Assembly (NCBI GenBank): GCA_035544455.1
Contig: DATKEI010000094.1
Coordinates: 1-56,255 of the forward strand
Length of the DNA: 56,255 nucleotides
From: Candidatus Binatia bacterium
Lineage (GTDB): Bacteria > Methylomirabilota > Methylomirabilia > Rokubacteriales > CSP1-6
Reading direction: 5' to 3'
The notes under the pieces were generated by a model. It saw nothing but the letters and a program-made list of their open reading frames with translations. It had not been told where the DNA came from and did no database searches. The translations under genes and the position numbers were made by a program. How positions within the stretch are numbered: position 1 is the first letter of the stretch; each line of letters starts with the position of its first letter. Positions 29,673-40,033 of this stretch are shown one piece after another.

Positions 29673-30109
29673 GGCTGTCGGCCAAGGGCGAGTATGCCAT
29701 CAAGGCCATGCTCGACCTCGCCCTGCATGACGGGGGCGGGTTGCAGCCGATCCAGGACATCGCGGCTCGCCAGGGCATCCCCCAGCGGTATCTGGAGCAG
29801 GTGCTGCTCCAGCTCAAGCGGGGCGGGATGCTCGCATCCAGGCGTGGTTCGTCGGGCGGCTACCGGCTCGGGCGGCCACCCGACGAGATCACGGTGGGCG
29901 CGGTCCTCGCCGCCATCGAGGGCGGCCCCGACCTCGAGCGCGGCGGCCGGGCTCACGGGCGCCCGGCGGAGCGGGTGGACGACCTCGCCGATCTGTGGCA
30001 GGAGATCGCCGATGCGCTATCGGCGGTGGTGGACCGGGTGAGCTTCGGAGATCTCAGGCGTCGGGTCGAGGAGCGGCGGGGCGCGGCGCGGCCCATGTAT
30101 CACATCTGA
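29669..30109 (+). CDS. Rrf2-family transcriptional regulator without cysteines (CymR-like rather than IscR/NsrR-like)
   Basis: The GTG at 29669 overlaps the hemB stop. Contains [66 protein letters not shown]. The 146-aa translation contains no Cys, so it has no Fe-S ligands. Confidence 0.88.
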   Translation: MRLSAKGEYAIKAMLDLALHDGGGLQPIQDIAARQGIPQRYLEQVLLQLKRGGMLASRRGSSGGYRLGRPPDEITVGAVLAAIEGGPDLERGGRAHGRPAERVDDLADLWQEIADALSAVVDRVSFGDLRRRVEERRGAARPMYHI

Positions 30110-30121
30110 GGCCGGAGACCC

Positions 30122-31066
30122 ATGATCGACGGCACGAGAGTCTCGCGAGAACGCCCGCGTGTGGCCGGTTCGGTTCTCGACCTGGTCGGATCGACGCCGC
30201 TGGTCAGGCTGAACCGGGTGCCAAAGGCGGGCAGCGCGGTCATCCTGGGCAAGATGGAGTCGCTCAACCCGGGGGGCAGCGTGAAGGACCGCATCGCGGT
30301 GGCCATGGTCGACGATGCGGAGCGCCGCGGCCTGCTGGGGCCGGGCGCCACCATCGTCGAGCCGACGAGCGGGAACACGGGCATCGGGCTGGCCATGGTG
30401 AGCGCCGTGCGCGGGTACCGGCTCATCCTGACCATGCCCGACGACATGAGCGTCGAGCGCCAGCGCCTCCTGTCCCGCCTGGGCGCGGAGATCCACCTGA
30501 CCCCGGCCATCGAGGGAATGACAGGGGCGGTGTACGCCGCCGGAGAGATCTGCCGCGAGCATCCCGGGGCCTTCATGCCACAGCAGTTCGAGAACCCGGC
30601 CAATCCCGAGGCCCATCGCCGGACGACGGCCCTCGAGATCCTCGAGGCCACCTCGGACCGGCTGGACGCGTTCGTGGCCGGGGTGGGAACGGGCGGCACC
30701 ATCACCGGCGTGGGCGAGGTCCTGAAGCAGCGCGTGCCGGGCGTGCTCGTGATTGGCGCCGAGCCCGCGCGGTCCCCGGTGCTGTCGGGGGGGCACGCCC
30801 GGCCGCACGGCATCCAGGGGATCGGGGCCTCCTTCGTTCCCGGCATCCTCAACCGGGCGATCCTCGACGAGATCATTCTCGTGCGGGACGAGGACGCGAT
30901 GACGATGGCCCGGCGCCTCGCGCGCGAGGAGGGATTGCTGGTGGGCATCTCCGCCGGCGCCAACGTGTGGGCGGCGTGTCAGGTGGCGCAGCGGCTGGGC
31001 CCGGAACGGCTGGTCGTGACCGTGCTGTGCGATACTGGCGAGCGCTATCTCAGCATCGCGTTCTAA
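30122..31066 (+). CDS. cysM: cysteine synthase (PLP-dependent, CysK/CysM family)
   Basis: Contains LESLNPGGSVKDRIA (PLP Lys) and EPTSGNTGIGLA. The symbol cysM is chosen only because of the adjacent CysO-like carrier; CysK versus CysM cannot be decided by eye. Confidence 0.9.
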   Translation: MIDGTRVSRERPRVAGSVLDLVGSTPLVRLNRVPKAGSAVILGKMESLNPGGSVKDRIAVAMVDDAERRGLLGPGATIVEPTSGNTGIGLAMVSAVRGYRLILTMPDDMSVERQRLLSRLGAEIHLTPAIEGMTGAVYAAGEICREHPGAFMPQQFENPANPEAHRRTTALEILEATSDRLDAFVAGVGTGGTITGVGEVLKQRVPGVLVIGAEPARSPVLSGGHARPHGIQGIGASFVPGILNRAILDEIILVRDEDAMTMARRLAREEGLLVGISAGANVWAACQVAQRLGPERLVVTVLCDTGERYLSIAF

Positions 31067-31140
31067 CCCGGGGCGCGCGGGCCTTCCCGAGGGATCGCTG
31101 ACGCGGATCCTTCCGGGCGGTCTCCGAGGAGAGCGACGTC

Positions 31141-31476
31141 ATGGCCGTTCACGTGTACATTCCGACGCCGTTTCGGCGCGCCACCGAGAACCGGGACCGG
31201 GTGACCCTCGAGGCGGGGGACGTCCGGGCCGCGCTGGACGACCTCGAAATCCGGTTCGCGGCTCTGCGAGGCCTGGTCAGGAGCGAGGGGGGCGACGTGC
31301 ACGCCCACGTCAACATCTACGTGAACGGCGATGCGATCGACGATCTCCGCGGGCTGGACACCCCCCTCAAGGACGGAGACGAGCTGTCCATCATCCCGGC
31401 TCTGGCCGGCGGCGCGCCGGTCCAGCGTCCATCCGGGCGGGCCGCCCGTTCCGCGCCCGCCCCGCCCCGAGGATGA
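31141..31476 (+). CDS. cysO: MoaD/ThiS-family sulfur carrier protein, CysO-like, with a 20-aa extension after the Gly-Gly
   Basis: VNIYVNGDAIDDLRGLDTPLKDGDELSIIPALAGG resembles the C-terminus of M. tuberculosis CysO (..VNIYVN...GD.V.ILPAVAGG). The ORF continues [20 protein letters not shown] before the stop. GAGGAGAG lies upstream of the ATG. Confidence 0.85.
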   Translation: MAVHVYIPTPFRRATENRDRVTLEAGDVRAALDDLEIRFAALRGLVRSEGGDVHAHVNIYVNGDAIDDLRGLDTPLKDGDELSIIPALAGGAPVQRPSGRAARSAPAPPRG

Positions 31477-31949
31477 CCGGGCCGCTGGCGATCCTCACGC
31501 CGCCAGAGTTCGATCGGGTCCGCGTCCAGGCCGAGACGGAGTATCCGGCCGAGTGCTGCGGGATCGTGATGGTGCGCGAGGGCGCGCCGCCCGAGCGGTT
31601 GCTCATCGTCTGCCGCAACATCCAGCAGGAGCTCCACACCAAGGATCCAGTGCGGTATCCCCGCGACGCCCGCACCGCCTACTTCATCGATCCGAAGGAC
31701 CTGCTGGTCATCGGGCGCCGCGAGGCCGAGGGATACCGGGTGGCGACCATCTACCATTCGCACATCGACACCGGCGCCTACCTCTCGGACACCGATCGGC
31801 GCAACGCGCTGATCGAGGGCGATCCCGCGTATCCGGACGCGACCTACGTGGTGGTGTCCGTGGTGGCCGGGCGTCTGGGCGCCACCGCCGCCTTCCGGTG
31901 GGATGCCGAGCGCCGCGACTTCGCCGCCATCGACGTGCCGATGTCCTGA
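31473..31949 (+). CDS. mec: JAMM/MPN+ metallopeptidase (Mec+/QbsD-like)
   Basis: ATGA overlap with the carrier stop. JAMM motif elements E-x-CG (YPAECCG) and HSH-x7-S-xx-D ([15 protein letters not shown]). Confidence 0.9.
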   Translation: MTGPLAILTPPEFDRVRVQAETEYPAECCGIVMVREGAPPERLLIVCRNIQQELHTKDPVRYPRDARTAYFIDPKDLLVIGRREAEGYRVATIYHSHIDTGAYLSDTDRRNALIEGDPAYPDATYVVVSVVAGRLGATAAFRWDAERRDFAAIDVPMS

Positions 31950-32004
31950 CCGCCGGAGGCGCGCGCGAGCCGCTCCCGGACGGCCGGGCGCCAAGCGAGG
32001 GTCC

Positions 32005-33285
<1,281 letters not shown>

Positions 33286-33296
33286 CCGAAGAGGTA

Positions 33297-33326
33297 TTGA
33301 CACTCCGTTTTTCTGCGTGATACCGT
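33297..33326 (+). promoter_or_regulatory. candidate promoter for the act cluster
   Basis: TTGACA at 33297-33302, followed 15-18 nt later by TGATACCGT (possible -10 elements TGATAC, GATACC or TACCGT). It lies in an AT-richer patch right after hemL. The implied leader is about 185 nt. Confidence 0.3.
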
Positions 33327-33509
33327 TCACAAGGTTTGGCCCGGGCCGAACCATTCCAAGCGCTCACGGGCATCTCACGATCGCGGGTCGAGCGCCGTAC
33401 TGCGCGAGGAACGCGTGTTCTTCGACGGCGACGCGATGAGCGGACTTCGCGGCCACACGAGTCCGAGCGGTTGCTGCGGGTCGGCACGGCGCGCCGGACG
33501 GAGACAGGG

Positions 33510-36494
33510 ATGAGCGGGATCGATCGGCGGGCGTTCTTCAAGGTCATCGCCGTCTCGGGGACGGCCGCCGCCACTGCAGGCTGCCAGCAGGACGTCAACT
33601 ACCTCATTCCCTACGTCGTGCCCCCGGAGAACATCGTCCCCGGCGTCCCCAGCTACTTCTCGACCGCGTGTCGCGAGTGCCCGGCCGGCTGCGGCGTGCT
33701 CGCCAAGAACCGCGATGGCCGGGTGATCAAGCTGGAGGGCAATCCCGACCACCCCCTGAACAGGGGAGCGCTCTGCATCCGGGGTCAGGCCGCCCTCCAG
33801 GGGCTGTACCACCCCGACCGCTTTCGCGGAGCCGTGATCGGCGGCAGGCCGGCGGCCTGGGAAGACGCGGAGAGGCGCGTGGCGGAGCGGCTGGCCACCC
33901 TTGTCAACGCGGGGCAGGGAGGCAAGATCGCGCTGGTCACGGGCAGCGAGACGGGCACGCTGGCCCAGCTGATGGACGACTGGGTCAAGGCCCTCGGAGC
34001 CCGTTCCCGGGTGACCTACGAGCCCATCGCCTACGAGCCCCTGCGCGCGGCGAACCGCATCGTGTTCGGCCGCGACGCCGTCCCCGAATACGCCATCGGC
34101 GATGCCGGCTACCTGCTCTCGTTCGGGGCCGACTTCCTGGAGACTTGGCTCGCCCCGACGGAGAACATCCGGGGCTTCGTGGCCATGCACAGCGTGAGTG
34201 GAGGTCGGGCCGGGACGTTCGTGCACGTCGAGCCCCGGCTGTCCGCCACCGGGGCCAACGCCGACGAGTGGGTGAAGAACGCCCCCGGCACCGAGGGCAT
34301 GATCGCCCTCGGCCTGCTCAAGCTCGTGCTCGAGGCGGGCGCGCCCGCCGCCGGAGTCGATCCCGGCCCGCTGCGAGCGGCGGTCCAAGGCGTCGACGTT
34401 CAGGCGGTGGCCGCCGCATCCGGTGTCGACGAGGCCGTGATGAAGCGGATCGCGCACGACCTGGCGGGCTCCCGGTCGGGCCTCGTGCTGGGGGGCGGCC
34501 TCTCGGCGTCCGGGGTCAACGCGACCCAGACCCAGGCGGCGATCAACCTGCTGAACGCGGCCATCGGGGCCATCGGCACCCGTGTCCGCTTCGGACCCGA
34601 CGCCGCGTTCGCCCGCGGCGGCTATGCGGACATGCTGGCCCTGACCGAGGCGATGGGCAAGGGCGAGATCGAAGTCCTGCTGCTGGGGGACGTGAATCCC
34701 GTCTACGCGCTGCCCCCGGGGGCGGGGTTCGCCGAGGCCCTCAGCAAGGTGCCGCTCGTGGTGAGCCTGGCCGGTCGCCCGAACGAGACGGCCGGCCGCG
34801 CTCACGTGGTGCTGCCCTCGCTGCACTGGCTCGAGTCCTGGGGGGATTCGGAGGCCCGCGAGGGCGCAATTGGCCTGATGCAGCCCACCATGGCGCCGGT
34901 TCAGATCGACGGCACGTCGATCGAGGGGAAGTCCGTCGGGGACATCCTGCTCTCCCTCGGGCGCCTCGCCCTCGGCACCGAGGTGGGCGCGGGTCCGCTG
35001 CCGTGGGCGGACTTCGGCGCGCTGGTCCGAGCGGCGTGGCAAGGCCCCCTGGCCAGGAGCTACGCGCCGGACCAGGCGCCGATCCAGTTCTGGGAGGAAT
35101 CGCTCCGGCGCGGCGGCGCGTTCCGGCAGGTTGCGGCCGCTCCCGTGTCCCTCCGGACCGAGGCCGCCCAGGGCGCGGCTGCACCCGCGCCACTCGAGGG
35201 CGACGGGCTGTCCTTGCTGATCTACCCGTCGTCCCGCCTGTACGATGGCCGCGGCGCGGACATCCCATGGCTCCAGGAGGCGCCGGACGCCATGACCCAG
35301 GTGGCCTGGGACGCGTGGGTCGAGATCCCGGCCGAGCGAGCCCGGCAGATGGGCATCGCGCGGGGAGATCTCGTCAGCCTCACCTCTCCTCACGGCAAGA
35401 TCGAGCTCCCCGCCTATCCGACGGAGCTGCTCCACGACGGGGCGGTCGCGGTGCCCATGGGCGAGGGCCACACCTATTCCGGTGCCTACGCCGACCAGGC
35501 CGGGGTCAACACGGGAGCGAATCCCGTTCAGCTGCTGGGCGGCGCCACTGACCGCGCCTCCGGCGGCCTGGCCTACCTGGCGGTGAAGGTCTCGCTGGCC
35601 AGGACCGGGGCCCGGCGGCCGCTGGCCATCCCCCAGGCCACGTTCGACCAGGATCACCGGGAGATCGCCCAGCACGTTGATCTCGCCGCCGCCCGCGAGC
35701 TCGATCTCCGGGGCAAGGCGCCCGAGCACGCGAGCCACCCCAGCATGTACCCGCCGCTTCAGTACCCCGAGCACCGGTGGGGCATGGCGGTCGACCTCGA
35801 CCGCTGCACCGGCTGCGGCGCCTGTGTTGTCGCCTGCCAGGCCGAGAACAACGTGCCGGTGGTGGGGCGGGCCCAGGTGGCGTACGGGCGCATCCAGCAC
35901 TGGCTGCGCGTGGAGCGCTGGCAGGAGGGGCCGGGGGCGCATCCCGAGAACATCTTCCTGCCCATGTTCTGTCAGCACTGCGAGGTCGCGCCGTGCGAGC
36001 CGGTGTGCCCGGTCTACGCCGCGTATCACACCAGCGAGGGGCTGAACGCGCAGGTCTACAACCGCTGCGTCGGGACCCGCTACTGCGGCAACAACTGCCC
36101 CTACCACGTCCGGAAGTTCAACTGGTTCTACTACACGTTCCCTTCGCCGCTGGACCTGCAACTGAACCCCGACGTGACGGTGCGTCAGCTCGGTGTCATG
36201 GAGAAGTGCACCATGTGCCTGCAGCGCATCATCAAGGGCAAGAACGACGCCCGGGACGCGGGACGCCCGGTGCAGGACGGGGATATCCAGACCGCGTGTC
36301 AGCAGACGTGCGCCGCCCGGGCCATCACCTTCGGTGACCTCAAGGACGGCCAGGCCGTGGTGTCCAGGCTCTCGGCCTCGCCGCGGAGCTACCACGTGCT
36401 GGAGGAGCTGGGGACGCGGCCGGCGGTCACGTACTTGAAGAAGGTCGTGCGGGCCGGCGGCGGCCACGCCGGCGGCGGGGAGCGCAAGGGATGA
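33510..36494 (+). CDS. actB: ACIII-type ActB: Tat-exported molybdopterin-oxidoreductase-like domain fused to a 4-cluster Fe-S domain
   Basis: Twin-arginine signal MSGIDRRAFFKVIAVSGTAAATAGC. MopB-like N-terminal domain with CRECPAGC..x27..C. C-terminal motifs CTGCGACVVACQ, CQHCEVAPCEPVCP, CVGTRYCGNNCP and CTMC..CQQTC. Length 994 aa. Confidence 0.85.
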   Translation: MSGIDRRAFFKVIAVSGTAAATAGCQQDVNYLIPYVVPPENIVPGVPSYFSTACRECPAGCGVLAKNRDGRVIKLEGNPDHPLNRGALCIRGQAALQGLYHPDRFRGAVIGGRPAAWEDAERRVAERLATLVNAGQGGKIALVTGSETGTLAQLMDDWVKALGARSRVTYEPIAYEPLRAANRIVFGRDAVPEYAIGDAGYLLSFGADFLETWLAPTENIRGFVAMHSVSGGRAGTFVHVEPRLSATGANADEWVKNAPGTEGMIALGLLKLVLEAGAPAAGVDPGPLRAAVQGVDVQAVAAASGVDEAVMKRIAHDLAGSRSGLVLGGGLSASGVNATQTQAAINLLNAAIGAIGTRVRFGPDAAFARGGYADMLALTEAMGKGEIEVLLLGDVNPVYALPPGAGFAEALSKVPLVVSLAGRPNETAGRAHVVLPSLHWLESWGDSEAREGAIGLMQPTMAPVQIDGTSIEGKSVGDILLSLGRLALGTEVGAGPLPWADFGALVRAAWQGPLARSYAPDQAPIQFWEESLRRGGAFRQVAAAPVSLRTEAAQGAAAPAPLEGDGLSLLIYPSSRLYDGRGADIPWLQEAPDAMTQVAWDAWVEIPAERARQMGIARGDLVSLTSPHGKIELPAYPTELLHDGAVAVPMGEGHTYSGAYADQAGVNTGANPVQLLGGATDRASGGLAYLAVKVSLARTGARRPLAIPQATFDQDHREIAQHVDLAAARELDLRGKAPEHASHPSMYPPLQYPEHRWGMAVDLDRCTGCGACVVACQAENNVPVVGRAQVAYGRIQHWLRVERWQEGPGAHPENIFLPMFCQHCEVAPCEPVCPVYAAYHTSEGLNAQVYNRCVGTRYCGNNCPYHVRKFNWFYYTFPSPLDLQLNPDVTVRQLGVMEKCTMCLQRIIKGKNDARDAGRPVQDGDIQTACQQTCAARAITFGDLKDGQAVVSRLSASPRSYHVLEELGTRPAVTYLKKVVRAGGGHAGGGERKG

Positions 36495-37849
36495 GCGCCG
36501 CGAGTTCGCGCACGCGGGCCGTCACGTGGGCCGACGTCAACCGCGATGTCATCCGCACCGTGAGCATGCCGGGCAACCTGTACTTCGGCTGGCTGTGCCT
36601 GGTCGGGCTCACCCTGATGTGCGGCGTGATGGCCTGGACGTACCAGATCTGGATCGGCATGGGCGCGGCGGGCAAGCGCACCCCCCAGATGTGGGCGATG
36701 TACATCACCACCTTCGTGTTCTGGATCGGGATCGGGCACGCGGGGACGCTCATCTCGGCCGTCCTGTACCTGTTCCGGGCGAAGTGGCGGACGTCGGTCT
36801 ACCGGGGCGCGGAGGCCATGACGATCTTCGCCGTCATGACGGCCGGCCTCTTCCCGCTGATCCACGCCGGGCGCATGTGGTACGCCTACTGGCTCCTGCC
36901 ATATCCCAACCAGCGCTACCTCTGGCCAAACTTCAAATCGCCGCTGGTGTGGGACGTGTTCGCCATCTCCACCTACATGACGATCAGCATCGTGTTCTTC
37001 CTGGTGGGGCTCGTGCCCGATATCGCCGCCCTGCGCGACCACGCCACCGGGATCCGCAAGAAGATCTACACCGTGATGTCGCTCGGGTGGGAGGGGTCCG
37101 ACGCGCAGTGGCGCCACTACCGGCGCGCCTACGGCATCTTCGCGGCGATCTCCACCCCCCTCGTCCTCTCGGTGCACAGCGTGGTGTCGTTCGACTTCGC
37201 CATGGCCCTGGTGCCCGGCTGGCATTCGACGCTGTTCGCGCCATTCTTCGTGAACGGGGCCATCTTTTCCGGCTTCGCCATGGTCCTCGTGCTCCTCCTG
37301 CCCATGCGGTACTACTTCGACTGGTACCCGTACATCACGGACCGGCACCTCGACGCCATGGCCAAGCTGATCCTGTTGACGAGCCTGGTCCTGACCTACT
37401 TCTACCTGTGCGAGGTGTTCACGGCCTACTACAGTGGCGATCACTTCGAGCGGGCGTCGGTCTTCGCCAAGGCCACCAAGCAGTACGCGTGGGCGTACTG
37501 GGGCATGTACGTCTGCAACAGCCTGGTGCCGCTCGTCCTGTTCTGGAGGAAGGCGCGGACCAACGTGGTGCTCCTGTACGTGATCTCGATCTTCGTGCTG
37601 ATCGGGATGTGGCTGGAGCGGTTCAACATCATCGTCCCGGGTCTCGGCCACGACTTCTATCCATACACCTGGGGCACCTACTACCCGTCCATCACGGACT
37701 CCACGATCATCCTGGGCTCCTTCGCCTGGTTCTTCCTCCTGTTCCTGGCCTTCATCCGCGTCATGCCGTCCCTGTCCATCGTGGAGGTGAAGGAGGTGCT
37801 GCCGCACCCCGTGCGGGACCCCGCGCACGCGCACGGAGGGCACGCCTGA
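36491..37849 (+). CDS. actC: ACIII-type ActC (NrfD/PsrC-like quinone-interacting membrane subunit)
   Basis: ATGA overlap with actB. 452-aa polytopic protein with NrfD-like helices (..WAMYITTFVFWIGIGHAGTLISA..). Confidence 0.85.
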   Translation: MSAASSRTRAVTWADVNRDVIRTVSMPGNLYFGWLCLVGLTLMCGVMAWTYQIWIGMGAAGKRTPQMWAMYITTFVFWIGIGHAGTLISAVLYLFRAKWRTSVYRGAEAMTIFAVMTAGLFPLIHAGRMWYAYWLLPYPNQRYLWPNFKSPLVWDVFAISTYMTISIVFFLVGLVPDIAALRDHATGIRKKIYTVMSLGWEGSDAQWRHYRRAYGIFAAISTPLVLSVHSVVSFDFAMALVPGWHSTLFAPFFVNGAIFSGFAMVLVLLLPMRYYFDWYPYITDRHLDAMAKLILLTSLVLTYFYLCEVFTAYYSGDHFERASVFAKATKQYAWAYWGMYVCNSLVPLVLFWRKARTNVVLLYVISIFVLIGMWLERFNIIVPGLGHDFYPYTWGTYYPSITDSTIILGSFAWFFLLFLAFIRVMPSLSIVEVKEVLPHPVRDPAHAHGGHA

Positions 37850-38364
37850 TGGCCATGGTCGCCACCGGGAGCGTGCTGGGGGTGTTCGCGCACGTCGATA
37901 CCACCCTGCAGGCGATCCGCGACCTCCGGGCCAAGGGGTTCGCCGACCTGACGGTGTACACCCCGGTCCCCATCGAGGAGATCGAGGAGGAGATGGAGAA
38001 GCCGCGGGACCTGTCCAAGGTCCGGCTCTTCAGCCTGGTGGGAGCCCTCACCGGCACGGCGACCGCCTTCTTCCTCACCATCTGGACCTCGCTCAAGTGG
38101 GCGCTCGTCACCGGAGGCAAGGCCCCGGTGTCGATCCCGCCCTTCATCATCATCGTCTTCGAGATGACGATCCTGCTGTGCGGCCTGGCCACGCTGCTGG
38201 CCGTGCTGGTGCTGGCCAAGCTGCCCAAGACGAGGCCCTCGCCCACCTACGATCCCCGGTTCACCGTCGATCGCTTCGGGGTGGCGGTGGCGTGCCCGGC
38301 CGCGAGCGTCGACAGCGTGGCGGCGGTGCTGACGGCCTCGGGGGCGGAGGAGGTGCGCCGATGA
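37849..38364 (+). CDS. actD: ACIII-type ActD (DUF3341-like)
   Basis: TGATG overlap with actC. Contains VLGVFAHVDTTLQAIRDLRAKGFADLTVYTPVPIEEI followed by two TM helices. This is the typical subunit order. Confidence 0.75.
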   Translation: MAMVATGSVLGVFAHVDTTLQAIRDLRAKGFADLTVYTPVPIEEIEEEMEKPRDLSKVRLFSLVGALTGTATAFFLTIWTSLKWALVTGGKAPVSIPPFIIIVFEMTILLCGLATLLAVLVLAKLPKTRPSPTYDPRFTVDRFGVAVACPAASVDSVAAVLTASGAEEVRR

Positions 38365-38882
38365 GGACGTACCTCGTCCGCGGCCTCTTCGTGCTCGTCC
38401 TGATGGTCCTGGGGGTCGCCGCTGGGATCCAGGCGGCGGCGGTGGTGGTGCGGTGGAACGACAACATGACGCAGACGCCGAGGATCATGCCCGGCGAACG
38501 CACCTTCCAGATGCCGGTCGGGGGGCTGCCGCGCACGGGTGGCCAGCTGTACTACCCCAAGGAGGACCGCGAGGCGGCGGCGGCCCGCCAGAATCCGGTC
38601 CCGGCCACGCCCGAATCCGTCAAGAGTGGCGGGGCGCTCTTCGCCGTGTACTGCACGCCGTGCCATGGCGCCAGCGGGAAGGGAGACGGGCTGGTCACCA
38701 GCAAGTTCGTCCCCGCCATCGACCTGACCAATCCGGATCTTCAGAAGGGGCGGACCGATGGCTACTGGGAAAGCTACCTCAGCGTGGGGGGCGCCGTCAT
38801 GCCCTCGTACGGCGAGGCCCTGAGTGTCCACGAACGGTGGGACGTGGTGAACTTCCTGCGTACCCTGGTCGCCCGGCAGTGA
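38361..38882 (+). CDS. actE: ACIII-type ActE, membrane-anchored monoheme cytochrome c
   Basis: ATGA overlap with actD. N-terminal anchor helix, a single CTPCH heme motif and a distal Met region GGAVMPSYG. Confidence 0.8.
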   Translation: MRTYLVRGLFVLVLMVLGVAAGIQAAAVVVRWNDNMTQTPRIMPGERTFQMPVGGLPRTGGQLYYPKEDREAAAARQNPVPATPESVKSGGALFAVYCTPCHGASGKGDGLVTSKFVPAIDLTNPDLQKGRTDGYWESYLSVGGAVMPSYGEALSVHERWDVVNFLRTLVARQ

Positions 38883-38887
38883 ACGCG

Positions 38888-40033
38888 ATGACGTCGCCCG
38901 CCGACCCCGCCGTCTCGTCAGGACGCGGCCAGGTCATCCTGGCCGTGCTGGCCCTGGTGGGCGCCGTCGCCTTCCTGGTGGGAATCATCCAGCATCCGAC
39001 CCGGACGTGGGGCATGTACCTCGTGAACCTGCTGTTCTGGTCGAGCCTTGCCATCACGGGCCCGGCCATCGCGGCCATGATGCAGATGACGGAAGCCCGG
39101 TGGTCGCCGACCGTCAAGCGCATGGCCGTCACCACCGGGGGCTTCCTTCCGCTGTCCTTCGTGCTCTTCCTGGGACTTCTGTTTGGCCTGAGCTATCTGT
39201 ATCCCTGGGTCGACAACCCGGCCCTCGTCGAGAAGAAGAAGCACTGGCTGAACGTGCCCTTCCTGTCGCTGCGCCTGGCCATCGGGGTCGCGGCGCTCTA
39301 CCTGACGGCGGCGCTGTTCAGCCGCGCCGTCCTCGCCGAGAATCCGGACGCGGGCGCGGCTGACCCCGAGCACCCACGCCGGAACCGGCTGGCCGCCATT
39401 CTCCTCATGCTCTTCGTCGTCGTGCTCTCGCTGTGGGGGTTCGACCTGGTCATGCCCCTCGATCCCGTCTGGTACAGCGGGCTCTTCGGCGGGTACTACG
39501 TGGTCACCTCCCTCTACACCGGGTTCGGGCTCGTCGCCTTCCTCGTCATCCGCGCCAACGCGCGCGGGGTCACCAACGTGTCGGCGGCGGCGATCCAGGA
39601 CGTGGCCAAGCTCGTCTTCGCCATGTGCGTCATGTGGATGTATTTCTTCTTCTCGCAGTACCTGGTGATCTGGTACGGGAACGTCCCGGTCGAGACGCGC
39701 TTCTTCCTGAGCCGATTCTTCGTGGACCCCTGGCGCACCCTCGGCTTCGTGATTCTCATCGTCGGCGCGCTGCTGCCGTTCGCCTACCTGCTCAAGCGCC
39801 TGACGGGCCGGCCGCCGACCTCGCACACGCCGCTTGTGGTCGTCATCGTCATGGGATGGACGGCCATGTTCCTCGAGCGGATCATGCTGGTGTTCCCCTC
39901 GCTGCCGGCGGCGAACACCTTGCCGGTCGGCGTGCTCGAGGTGCTGATCACCCTCGGCTTCTTTTCGCTCTTCGTGCTGAGCCGGAACTGGTTCCTGGCC
40001 TGGCAACGCCCCGTCCTGCGACTCCCTCGCTAG
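38888..40033 (+). CDS. actF: ACIII-type ActF (second NrfD-like membrane subunit)
   Basis: Polytopic 381-aa protein directly after actE. An alternative in-frame GTG at 38879 overlaps the actE stop. Confidence 0.75.
   Translation: MTSPADPAVSSGRGQVILAVLALVGAVAFLVGIIQHPTRTWGMYLVNLLFWSSLAITGPAIAAMMQMTEARWSPTVKRMAVTTGGFLPLSFVLFLGLLFGLSYLYPWVDNPALVEKKKHWLNVPFLSLRLAIGVAALYLTAALFSRAVLAENPDAGAADPEHPRRNRLAAILLMLFVVVLSLWGFDLVMPLDPVWYSGLFGGYYVVTSLYTGFGLVAFLVIRANARGVTNVSAAAIQDVAKLVFAMCVMWMYFFFSQYLVIWYGNVPVETRFFLSRFFVDPWRTLGFVILIVGALLPFAYLLKRLTGRPPTSHTPLVVVIVMGWTAMFLERIMLVFPSLPAANTLPVGVLEVLITLGFFSLFVLSRNWFLAWQRPVLRLPR

Noticed and set aside
33436-33513. 25-codon uORF in the actB leader ([25 protein letters not shown]) ending in ATGA with the actB start.
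   Set aside because: It has no ribosome-binding site and a composition typical of a random GC-rich frame. The shared MSG beginning with ActB is only 8 nt of similarity.
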